Source: Eukaryota sp. TZLM1-RC
Lineage: Eukaryota; Protista; Metamonada: BaSk clade
Direction of reading: 5' to 3'
Assembly: GCA_040285825.1 (NCBI GenBank)
Contig: JAUPSS010000007.1
Span: 1,466,624-1,530,623 of the forward strand
Length of the DNA: 64,000 nt
Below the pieces are notes generated by a model, which was not told where the DNA came from, searched no databases, and saw only the letters and a program-made list of their open reading frames with translations. A program made the translations under genes and the position numbers. How positions within the stretch are numbered: the first letter of the stretch is position 1; each line of letters opens with the position of its first letter. Positions 47,501 to 59,431 of this stretch are shown here, in pieces.

Positions 47501-49179
47501 TTACACAAAATTTTGCAGAGTCCGTTGCTCTTGCTTTTTGTGGAAAAACACAAGTCAAGAAATTGCACAAACAATCAAAGACAATGAAAAAAATTGGGGC
47601 AGATGGTTCTGAAATAAATCAGAATTCATTCATAGATTTTTGTCTAGTAAAACCGAATTTGAGTGTCTTTTATAAGGCTGTTCATGCTAGCGACGAAGAA
47701 TAAAATGATGAAAAAATTATTCAATGATGTTATTCAACAAATCGCCCCTACATATATTAATTTCGTTATAACTGATGGAGCTTCTAAAAATTTAAATGCT
47801 GCCATCAATCAAGCAAAGAAACCACCATATTCGGTTTTCATATATTATTCTATATATTATATTCAGAAAAAACTAATCATTACACTAATTCCCTGGCTTA
47901 AAGCAGCACCTATAAAAAGACAAAACACTTACCATTGTTGTGTAATTCAAGTTGTTACTCCAAATGAAGATAATGGTATGAAGATGTTGCAGAGTGGGAG
48001 TATGGATTCGCTGTGCTATTCACACATTAAATTCTTTTTTAATTCTTTTTATTCTTTTTATTTTTTTTATTCTTTTTATTCTTTTTTTAATTCTTTTTAT
48101 TCTTTTTTTATTCTTTTTATTTTTTATTCTTTTTTTATTTTTATTCTTTTTTTCAAAGATAAATGTGCTGCTAATACCAAACAGAAACTTCAATCACTTG
48201 AAATGTTGTTTTAAAAGGCTGCCTTGGTGGTCATTTTCGTGTTAAATAAACCTTTTATTAAGAAGCTGGTGAAAAAAATTGGAGCTCTGAAAAAGCAGAA
48301 AACAATTTCACTTACAACATTTTATACACTTTTTTTATTTTTTTTTATTTTTTTCTAGTTTGAATTGTATACCATCAACAACACGTTGACCAAATCTGAG
48401 TATAGTAATTAGAATGAATGAGTGGACAACGTAAAAAGTCGGCTAAAGTAAATCGATGATGCGTACTTTTTTGTAGACTTTTTGAACTTTTCGCTCATTT
48501 TAACCTGGTATTCTCCCATTAATTCTACCATGAAAGAAGACAGGTGGGATGTTACTTTGTCTTCTGACACATGGCGAATTAAGTATGCCTGAGAAGAAAC
48601 TCGGTAACAATTGAAAACCAATAGACTATTACACTATTATATTATACAATTTTTGTTTGATTCTTTTGTTTCATCAGATGAATTAAATTTACCCGAGTCA
48701 ATTGGAACCTTTTGAACTTTTTTGTAGACTTTTTGAGGCCACTCATCATTTTGATGCTGATGCTGGACAGTTTGACGCCAATTATGGGAAAGCTATATCG
48801 TCATTTGGAAATTGAATGTCACCGAATTGGCAGTCAAGAATTGTCAATTATATCAATTGAAGAAAAGAACAGTTTGATACAGAGGTTCAAGTTCAGAATC
48901 GATCAACTTATCAGTGATTCTCACAAATCTGCTTTCTGTTTAAATCCAGAATTCAGAGATATTGTAACCAAGGCTCAATAGTTTGTATAAATTGTTCGAA
49001 GAACAGCATGGCGTAAATAGAAAATCCGACCAGTGGTCTGAAAAAGTAATAGGGATGGGACACTTTGAACACACAGAAGTTTTGTTTACTGCGAATGCCA
49101 AGCCATGTTTGGTGGTTGGTGGTATAAGTACAGGAGTCAAACAGACTTGGCTAAGTTAGCAATTAAGCTTCTTAGTGAG
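38195..49179 (+). repeat. Five-copy head-to-tail array of a 2.14-2.27 kb unit (LINE 3' end plus degenerate hAT transposase)
   Basis: Units begin at 38195, 40376, 42592, 44731 and 46909 (tggttccatttgctg); identical cttagtgag|tggttcc junctions. Confidence 0.95.
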
Positions 49180-49420
49180 GTTTCAGCGGATTTCGAAGCA
49201 GAAAGAAACTGCTCCGATTTCAAGGTCGTGTGTACTAAAGAAGATCTAGATTAAGCAGCGAGAAAGAATAGAGCACCATGAAGAAAGTACTTTGATGAAC
49301 TAGAACTGATGTTGCAGAAATTGAAGCAGTCACCTTGGAAGATACACATGATGAAATAGAAATGGTGAAAAACAAAGAAATCCTCATCGTGTCAAGATTT
49401 CGCCAAGAACAAGGGTAGCA
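47385..49420 (+). pseudogene. Degenerate hAT-superfamily transposase (last array copy, the only one with the C-terminus)
   Basis: GADG, ITDGAS, WIRCAIHTLN (CxxH), PLIILMLMLDS.TPIMGKLY, HKxAFCLNPEF, KLAIKLLSEVSADFEAERNCSDF dimerisation motif. Confidence 0.8.
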
Positions 49421-49424
49421 CAGC

Positions 49425-49522
49425 CTAGTTTATTTGTAGTTTTTAGTGAGTTTCTACAAGTAATTAATGGGGAAATTCACATAAATACACGATCAATTTT
49501 CGTGTGGAATAATTACAAAAAA
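49425..49522 (-). ncRNA. Candidate omega-RNA scaffold of the second Fanzor
   Basis: After the stop codon: GUAAUUA/UAAUUAC stem enclosing ACACGA/UCGUGU (49460-49516), then a UUGUAG/CUACAA hairpin (49434-49459). Confidence 0.4.
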
Positions 49523-51924
49523 CTATCTACACAGACACTGAGGCCTTTCATTACCACTCATTCTAGCTTCAGCAATTGCAAACATATTCAGAAAAGCCAG
49601 CTTATTTCTATTGAAAAGCTTTGTTGAGCCTTTGTTACTGAGTTTGCAACTCTCACTATTACAAGTCAATAAACCATGACATATAGTAACAGGAGTCTTT
49701 TCTCTTCTATACAATCTGGAATTTGTTACTCTCAAAAACGTAGCAACTTTTTCAAAACAAACAGGACATTTTCCTGAAGTGAAAGCTTCATTAATCATCA
49801 ATACTTCAAATCCATTTCTTTTCAGAAATTGAATCCATCCAATTCCTCTAGTAGGTCTCTGATGTTTCAAATTCTTGGAACCTTTTTTTACCATAACCAC
49901 CCATCAGTATTAAAGTGTCTTTCGGATTGCCAAACTGCTGAACAAGGCTTTTTAACAACCAACTTTCAGTCTTTTGCTTGTGAATAAAAGCTTGCATTTT
50001 ATGAATGCTCCACAAGTCAAGACTATAAAAGTCAATTGTCAAACAAACTTGCCGAAGTTTGGCAAACCACAAAGTTGGAAAAATCTATAAAAGTTGCTGA
50101 ATTGGTAGCAAACGCAGATAATTCGGTGTTTGCAACTTCAATTGTCATTTCGTAAGACTCTATCATCTGGTTCCTGTCGTAATCTACCTCAGTATACTTT
50201 GTCGCCCATCGTTTTTGCTTTTCATTCATCTTACTTTTCAAAGACCAGGACATCTGAGTCATTCTTAACCATTTGTACTTCTTGTCTTGATTCATCACCC
50301 GACTATTTCTTTGCTGTTCAGATTCATGTTCAGGCACCACCGTTAGTTCTTCATCAGTCTTTCTACTCCCAAAATACAATAAATCACGTTTTCCAGGATC
50401 ACAAACAACAATTTGTTTGTCTTGAAAAGCATCAATATCAACATCATGAATATATAAATCAGAAACACTGGCCTTGTTGTCTGGCTTACATTTCGGACCT
50501 TGTAAATCCCGACGAACAAATTCTACTGCAATATTAAATCCATCTGTGTGGATAATGTTGTTGAATTTATAGCTCTTCTGTTTGAACATTGGCTGGTTTA
50601 AATCGAGAATATTAGACCAAAAGTCAAATTGCTGAGGTGGTTTGAATTTCGTTATCTGGGCTAATGTATTGGACATTTTTAATCTCTGATCAGGCAACAA
50701 ATCATCCGTCAATGTTTGTTTAATAATTGTCCATATTGTTCTTGTATCAATAGGAAAATATCCAGGGCCTACAGTGGTTGAAACAGCAGAAATATGATAA
50801 GGTTTTTTCTCTCTACTGGAGATATATTGGGCAATTGTAATTGCTGGTTTTAGGAATATTTGAGGATCTTTTTCAACAGTGTCTGCAAGAAAATGAATTT
50901 CAACTGGAAATATATTATCAACTAAATTCTCGTCAGTGACCAAATTCTCAATTTGACAAGTAAATGGTTCAATAAGACCTTCAAATATGTCTCTAAGTTC
51001 ATTATTTCTTATATCATGTTGTTCGCATAAAGCGAAAAATTCATCATTCAGAAGGTCTGAAATATTTTCAGGATGATGAAACAAAGAACTCAAGCATTCT
51101 CTATCATAAACTAAAAACAAGGTTTTGAATTGACGAAGCCTAAATCTATATAGTGAAATAATTGTAGATAATGGTGTTGAGTATCCACCCAGTTTATGCA
51201 TTTCTGCTAACACATTTTCCACATCTACTTTGTCAAAGTAAACATTAATAAATCGATTAATATGTTTTTCATAATTTAGTTTCAAATTGTTTTCAAAATT
51301 GGTAAACATTACTGGGGCCATATACTGAGGTGGTCTACTGAAGCCATCAGTTGGAAATCGTGGAAAAAACTCAGGCCTATATCTCAAATGGTCTACATAA
51401 ATCAATGTTATGTTCAACTTTTGTTGTTCAAAGGTGGTCGATAATCTATAATCTACTTCACCATAAACAAAGTTTTCAAAATCCTGTGGAAATGCACTCT
51501 TTGGTTTCACCATTTCTTGCCCAGAATACTCAGCTGAAATATAACGAATTCTGGCCATTAATGATTCATGTAGTTGGGCAGATATTCGTGGTAATGACAA
51601 ATTACGTTCAAAACAAGACTGTAAATACAGCTTTAAGCAAAATGTGGTGTGAATACGTAACTGTTGAAATTTTACAGCAGTTTCTCTCAATTTGCGTATC
51701 ACATTTGAATGTTTGACCATTGAGTTTACGGTTGCTCGAATGGTTTTATAAGATGATAAAATAAATTTGTCTTTCTGAAACAGCACGAAAAGTTTCAGAC
51801 AAAGGATACAATCATGAAGCCCATATTGAATCGAGTTTTGTATCAGAGGAGAAGTAGCTAAACAATCAATTGGCAAAATATGGGAAAATTCCTGATGAAG
51901 TTTGATTTTCTTTTCATTTATCAT
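49523..51924 (-). pseudogene. Fanzor1 (large type), split by two frameshifts, with RuvC-III Asp replaced by Asn
   Basis: YKTIRATV...HTTFCLKLYL N-terminus; IHTDGFNIAV; RuvC-I VVCDPGKRDLLY; LILMGGY...RPTRGIG; RuvC-II INEAFTSGKCPVC; CHGLLTC; FNRNKLA; terminal ERPQCLCR; frameshifts near 50070 and 49890. Confidence 0.9.
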
Positions 51925-52279
51925 TTTATATGCCAGATTGCCTAATCCATGTCCGATGGGTATTTTTATGAATTCATGGTTTCATTAAGAATTAGTGTTC
52001 AGAATTACTTATGATTGTCGCACTTTACCCAAGTGGCTCAAGTGACTTGAGCAAAAACATTTTTTCGCTAGTTTGTTTAAACATTGATTTTGCTTATTGA
52101 AAATTCTCTTTTTAGTTTCTCCATGTCTTTTTTTAGCAATATATGAGGATGATCTTGTTTAAGAAACTTGTGATGGGCAGTTTCTTTCGTTGTGGCGTTC
52201 TACGCTTTTTATTCTGGTGAATTCTTCAGTTCATCCCATTCTATTTTTGCCAGTTTTCCTTTGATTAAGAGCAGCTTTA

Positions 52280-52900
52280 TCTAGACAGCAAGCACAGAAG
52301 ATTTTGTAGATGAAATCTTGGTTCAATATAATTCGTCCCATTAATTATCAACTAATTTCACTCAATTCGCAAATTGAATAGATAAAATGATTTTAAAAGC
52401 AATTTTTCTATTTAAATCAATTTATTTTGCAATTTATTTTTGATTTTGCTTTCATTTCCCAGTAATTATGATAATTTAATGTTATCTATCAACTTTTTTG
52501 ATGTACAATTGTTGTGCTGAAAACAAAATGTTTTTTATCTTTTTTTAACTGGAATTTTTATTGAGATAAAGAACCCATCTAGAATTCAATATCCTCCAAA
52601 CAAGCGTCACTATTACTAAACCTACTCACAGCTTTACGTTCATATTCTACACCAATAGCTGAAAGTACCTTTGAAATCGTTGTTGGAATAAGCTTGAAAA
52701 TGCAAAAAACAATTCTATTCAGTCAGAAAGTGGAATTACACAACTTATCACAGCATTACGTTTGTATCTTCAGGGTACACTTAATGTCGAGAAATGCATT
52801 TGATAATACCTTAGGAATAGAATGATTCAGTCATTAACGAAAATTTCAAAAAAGTGTTACTCAAGAGGTCTGGTAAAACAATGAATTAATATTCCAATTA
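52280..52900. mobile_element. Cluster of LINE 3'-end relics (family B on +, family C on - and +)
   Basis: gattttgtagatgaaatcttggttcaa (family B tail); ctagaattcaatatcctcc (family C tail, reverse complement); aggtctggtaaaacaatgaatt. Confidence 0.65.
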
Positions 52901-53230
52901 AAAAAAGTCATTAATGATCTTCCAATTTTATTACTATCTGCGTTGGTTCAAAGAAAAACAATGCTGAATTGCAAAGAGACTTCATTCGACCAAATTGTGA
53001 ACATACCCGGTAAAAACAGACAATAAAGCCAATCTATCTGACAATACAATTCAAAATATAGAAACAAGATAATTTTCACCAGAAAAAAAGAGGTGATACC
53101 CTGCTCTCCCCATTATTGCAATGATTGTTAGATCTAATTCCGGCACCCTAAATGAAAGGTTGCTACTGCTGTAGTCAAATATTCTCTGGGAGATTCCTTC
53201 CTTGTTCGTTTACGGTATTCAGTGACTCGA

Positions 53231-55536
53231 TCAGATCCCTAAAACACTAAAAATTTTTTTAATAGAATCACTAAAACTATGTTTAACAGAATACTGAATC
53301 CACCACGGAAAACTAGATAATTCAACTAAATAGGAATTCTGACATAGTTTAATAGATGTAATTAAACCTTGATTATAAAGTTCTGTTGGAGAGAGGGGAG
53401 AATGTGACATCAAGAAGTCACAATAAACCTTCAAATGGATGAATTTCAAACAAGGAAAGTGTTGTAAAGTGTTGTTTGTGGGACAACGGTCTGTTTTCAG
53501 TTCCTTCAAGTTTGGTGACTGCGTTTCTGTCTGGAGTTCTTCCAGACCTATTACTTCCAGCCTAACAATGGATTGAGGTAAACGGCTTGGTCCATATCTT
53601 CCGCGCTCCCAATCTGCAATGATTACTAATTCTTTCAATGATGTAAGATAGCTTAAATCACTAGGACAATATCCAATACAACTCAGTTTTACTAGAGAAG
53701 TGGGGAATGGTTCCACATATGAAATAGAGTCCAAGCTCCCACGCCCACGACAATCAAAACGAGCTTTCATATTCTCGACATTGGGGAAAATAGAAAAATT
53801 AAAACTGAAGTCTTGATAAGACAACAAGAGAACATCAAGCTTCTTGATATTCTTGAAGACGGCATTGTCGTCTGCACCCCACAATCGACAATGCAAATCA
53901 CAAATATTGTCATTTAAATTTAAATCTTCAAGATCTTCTGAAAACATCTCATTTTGAATTGGATGAACATTAAACACTTCTTTAGCTAATTGAGCTACCC
54001 TTTTACTAATAGCACATTTGGTGAAAAATCTTGCTTTAATATAAGGAATAACAAAAAGGCTTTGCAAATAATTCAAATATTCCCAAAAACAAGTTTAATT
54101 AGACCACTAAACATTCTATTCAAGGGTCGTTTTGGAAACTCAAAACTGCCAAGTATCTCAGAACCAATTGATAATTTGATTGGATGTGGTCGATCAATCA
54201 CATCATCTGTACCAAAAACCTTCATGCCCCAAGCCCAAACAGAGTTTTTGTTGTAGGCAAAAAGAAAGTTTTCGTCAACAGAAACACCTTCTATATTGGT
54301 GAAAGCTTCAATACATCTTGGTTCTTCAGTATCTTCGTAATAATAAGATATATTACTCGTCCTACCCCAAACAAAAACTTTTCCATTATTGTCAATGGCA
54401 GCACAAACATCCCATGAACCGCAAATAGAGACAATATTGCTTAAACCTGGGATTTTCGTGGGTTTTTCATTGAATATGGGAATATTATCAACAGTATCAC
54501 TCTGGTTAAATTGCCAAACAGCACCACTACCATCTACAAGTAAAATGTAATTACAGAATAATCTTCGATAGCAAAACGAACCCTCTAATGGTGCTTTGAG
54601 GGGTAAATGCTTGGCTACATGTAATTTGCAGATTGTATTATCTGTGTATTTTGAGCTTTTGCAGAAGAACACTTCACCAATTTCATCAATGGCTACAAAA
54701 GCATCATCATGAACACTAATAGAAACAACATTATTGAGACCTTCAATTAATGAAAATGAAAAACAATCTTTCAATATTACAACCTGACCATCGTGGGTCA
54801 AAGCATGAACACAATACTTACCACTACAAACTTCCTTAAAATTATAAGGAATATTGATTGGAGTAATTGGCATTGAAAGATCATCCTGATTCCCACCCCA
54901 ACCATAAAAACTACCTGAAGAAGTGATGGCAAAGGAGCATGATCCACAACAGACGATGTTTATTACATCATTTAATGGTAACTTGACTGGTGATTTGATA
55001 AAATTAGGTCCATTATAGAGGACAGACTCATATCGATTACAGCCCCAACCATAAACCTCACCAGAATATGTGAGCAAAAAGGCATTGCCACAATATCCAA
55101 CAACAATAGACTTAACTCCCACAGTAGTGTCCGATCGATCGGGAAACGGTGCTGGGGCCTTCTCACATGGAGAGCTGTCACCTATCACAGGTTCTGATGA
55201 GGATTTTTGTAAAGAACATCCATCACACCCAATAACATCTGAAGTTGAATCGGATTGAGGCTCACAAGGATGAAGAGGAGAGGTAGATTGAGAAGCAGTG
55301 CATGAAACGGGGGACAACGACGGGTGATTGATAGAACGAAGAGGAGGAGAAAGTGATTCTTCAGCAGTGGAGGAGAGCTCCGTGATTGATGGAATGGAGT
55401 GGTGAGATACATCCAACAGAACTTCCCCAGAGGTGATTCCGGTTCCGTTTGATTGAGGTGAAACCGAAAACTCGGACGCGATATTGAGAGGATATGTTGG
55501 ACTACAATGGCCACGAGGTTCAGTGGGAGAGCACAA
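53231..55536 (-). CDS. RCC1-repeat plus LRR-like protein, split by a 1-nt frameshift at about 54085
   Basis: GEVYGWGCN, GKVFVWG, SVWAWG RCC1 blades; both ORFs are collinear with the 59432 paralogue; the frameshift lies in a T run. Confidence 0.8.
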
Positions 55537-55659
55537 CTACGAATTGCTATCACAGCAGAAGTTGTCGCAGTTGTTGTCATCTTGGTTGTAAGTCATTGAC
55601 CGTAAAAATACGATATTTGAGACTTTTGTTTACAGAATCAAATACAACCTATTTTACCT

Positions 55660-57480
55660 TTGCTGCAAAAGCATTTTCCTGAAGTTGATCCTTTTTTCTA
55701 TTCATTTTATGGAAAATCATCCACATTGGTCTATGAAAACTTTGACCTGCTTTCGTCTTCAGGTGTTAAACAAGGTGATCCACTTGGTCCTTTTTTCTTT
55801 TGTCTGGCAATTCATCCATTAATGTGCGAATTGAAAGAAAAATTCCCAGAAATAGATATTGTAGCATATATGGATGACATTTCTGTAATTGCTCCTATTA
55901 CAATTCTGAAACAAATAGCAACTTTTATTCAACAGCGTTATGAAGATATTGGTCTCTCATTGAATATCTCCAAATGTTTGATTATTGGCCATGAACCAAT
56001 TGATTTTTTCATTAATGATGTCAATGTCCCCTTTATCAATTATGATCAGTCTGGTTTTCGTTTTTTGGGTTGTTATCTCGGAAATATTGATGAAGTCAAA
56101 GGCCAACTTTCGACTCTGTTGACTCAATTTGGAAATGAATTAGAATCAATAGAAAATTTAAATATTGAGAAAACATTTGAAATTCTTTTTCCTAAAAATC
56201 TGTTATTCTGGAAAATTTACTCATATTTTGAGATCAACATCACCATCAATTTCATTGGAGTTTTGTCGCATTTTTAATGAACAAAGAACCAATTTTTTAG
56301 TAAAATTATTGGAAATTGATGCATCTCAGTTGCGAAGCCACATTTTTTGTGGTACAAATTTTGGTGGTGTTGATTTTCATAAATCCAGCTACCTTTGTGA
56401 AGCTGCCTTTATTGGAGGTGGAAAGAATTTTATTTATGAATTTGTGAATCGTTTTCCTGAAAAAATTCATCCCATTGAAAATTGTGGCAGCTCTTATCTT
56501 TTTTCTTTGCAACAGGAAATTGAAACTCTTTCACCCAATATTTGGGCTAAATGTTTCCCTTCTGATATTGTGGAACTTCCTTCAAGAAGCTTGCTCTCCT
56601 TACCACTGACTTTTGCAAAATTGCAGAAAAAAATCTTGAAAGTTTTAGAAAACTTGGATTATATTGTACGTCTTAGCTTGGCTAAGGAAAACAATCCCGT
56701 TTTTGCAAACTTTTCGATTGATCTTGAAGACAGTTGTTCAAGTTGCCTAATCTCCCAAATACCCAACATTTATGGCCTTCTACTTAATGATCACCAATGG
56801 ACCACTGCAATGAGAATGAGATGTTTTCTATGGCCTTGTTCATTACCAAATGATTTAATTTGTCGCTGCAAGAGTGTTGTTACGCTTTCCCATATTTTAA
56901 ACTGTAAGTATTTTATAACTTATCGCTCAATTGTTCATGACTCAGTTCGTAAGCTGTCTTCAGATCAAACTGATGATTAATTTGGTAAAACAAGGGCAAA
57001 TTTAGTAGCTCAAGAGAAAAATGGTGTTATCAATGTTGAGGATGTTGCTTCAGTTGATGCTTGCAAAAATTCTGATACTCGTTTAGTGTATTCCGCAGAT
57101 TAGCCGTTATCTAACGCCGAAAAAATGAAGATAAAAATATGAAGAACCATTTGCACAGTTAGGTAGAGTGGAACATTAGAAATATCAGTTTGTGCCTTCT
57201 GCAATTTCCCTTTTTGGCAATATTGGTTTTTCAGAGATACACGTTTTTGAAAATTTCACAAAAGTTTTACTGAATAGGTCTGGTAAAACAATGAATTCCA
57301 CTTTCTGGCTAAATAGAATTGTTTTTTGCATTTTCAAGTCTATTCCAACAATGATTTCAAAGGCACTTTAAGCAATTGTTGTAGAATATGAACGTATCGC
57401 TATCAGTAGGTTTAGCAATAGTGAAGTTTGTTTGGAATATATTGAGTTCTAGATAGATGTTTTTTTCTCAATTAAAATTC
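55660..57480 (+). mobile_element. 5'-truncated family C CRE-like non-LTR retrotransposon (RT, CCHC, REL), degenerate
   Basis: GVKQGDPLGP, YMDD, CRC...HILNC, VHDSVR; disrupted REL domain; ends attgagttctag. Confidence 0.9.
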
Positions 57481-58760
57481 CGTTACCTAAAAAAACTATT
57501 AATCATTGTAATCTACACCTCTCAGACTTCTTTTAAGAAGATATAGATTGACATAAAAACATTGCTGCCGGTGATATGGAACAATCTGTAGTTATTAAAA
57601 TTATAGATCAATTGGATTTTATAGGCTCAAATGATAATAGAATTCCTGATTGCACCACAGTTTGGTATGGTCGCGAGACATCGTCTGTCCCCAGTTGCTG
57701 AAATCAAAAGCACCGATACATACTAATCATATTTGCGTACCCTTGGTCCTCACAATACCAGGAAATGAAAAGTGAATTCCAATTCGAAATCTTAGACTAA
57801 TTTCCCTGCAGCTAATTCTTATAGCTCTTGGACGAGCTCTAGCAGAGGGAAAAGATAGTGTTGTACTGTACACATTTAGTCTAGTATAGACTTCACTAGT
57901 GATGGCCTTAATAAGGGGCAGTGAATATTAAATAAATATTCTTATCTCTATTCCTCTACTTCATATGTCTAACCTTACAGCATCTCAATGTTGCAAAATG
58001 TTAAAATCAATATGACGATCAAAATGAACATGGTTCAGTAGTGATTGTAGTATTGAGTAGTGAGGAAAGGTTTTGATTATTTCATGTCTGTTGGTCCAGC
58101 AATTTTGAAGAATCATATTTTTTTGATGTTCAAACTTGGCGGTGTTCATTAACATATTTGACCAAAACTGCATTTATTGGTGGTGGAAAAAACTTTGTAT
58201 TGGAATTTTCTACAAGAAATCCTTCTGCCGAAAATCTTCTTGATACTACAATTAGCCTATTCCTCGATAACGTATGAGAAGAAATATCAAGTTTATCTCC
58301 CGATTTATGGCAATCATGTTTCCCATATCTATTCAAGACATTCGAGACAGAAGTTTATTCATACAAATTTGCGTTGAAAAAAAGCTCCAACGACATCTTT
58401 TGAAAAAATTTGAACGCAAGGACTTTAATATTTGACTTTGCACGGCTTACCACAAGAAAAGAAAATCCTACTTTTACAAATTTTTTAATTGATTTGAAGG
58501 ACAGTTCATCTACAGTTTTGTTGAATCAAATTCCCCAGAAATCATAGAAATAAAAGAAATTTTTTATTTGAATCAGTGATTTTGCTTTCATTTCTCAGTG
58601 TTTATGATTATTGAATATGATCTATCAACTTTCACCATGATGTACAATTGTTGTGCCGAGAACAAAATGTTTGTATAATTGTGTGTTTTGTAAATTGAAG
58701 CACATGGTGTTCAGGATGTGGAGTTTCAATTGTGCATTTTGTGTTTTCATATTTGCCGTT

Positions 58761-59368
58761 AGATGCTGTTAGAGACACTGTTTTCAATATGGCACAAACT
58801 GCAAGAATATCGTGTATCAATGAGCCCCTGCTGAAGGAAACACTTTCTTCGAATAATTTTGGTTCTGATGATAGACGTGATGTATACTGTGATTGGAATG
58901 ATAATTCTGAAGCTATTGTTGACTTTGTCTCATGTAATGTTGCAAATGATACTTTGGTTCACAGAAGAAAACTTAATCCTGTGAATGATCTGGATTTTAA
59001 AGCAAAAGAGAAACATAGAAAATATGATAAAGATATTGAAGAGGCTAATGTCGCTAGAAATACACAGCTGGTTTTTATTGCTTTCCCATTTTCGATAAAT
59101 GGAAGATTATCAGACGAAGCAGAAATTTTTTTGAATGATTTCCAAAAAATGGTTCAAGAAAAAACAATAAGATTTGATATATTTTTATGGCCTTCACAGA
59201 TTCAATTTGCCATTATTAATGGATTACCACGGTTTTTCAATAGAATAAGAGAAGCTTTAGCTAGAGAGCAAGCAGATCAAGATTTTGTAAAGGAAATCTT
59301 GGTTCAATGATAGTCGTCCCATTAGTATTGAGTTAATTTAATTAAGTGTGCAAATTTAATAAATAAAT
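58761..59368 (+). mobile_element. 5'-truncated family B non-LTR retrotransposon with 11-bp TSD
   Basis: Open REL-domain frame; flanked by TATTTGCCGTT at 58750-58760 and 59369-59379. Confidence 0.92.
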
Positions 59369-59431
59369 TATTTGCCGTTGAATAAAATAAAATAGTGAAT
59401 CGACTTGAAAGTTGTTGGGATATCCTCCTTG

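Noticed and set aside
38662-48981. Repeated 60-180 aa ORFs as separate genes
   Set aside because: They are frameshifted pieces of one hAT transposase per array unit, or microsatellite read-through
11200-51924. Programmed frameshifting or a non-standard genetic code to explain the broken ORFs
   Set aside because: Host genes read cleanly in the standard code and end with all three stop codons; the breaks are better explained by decay or homopolymer errors
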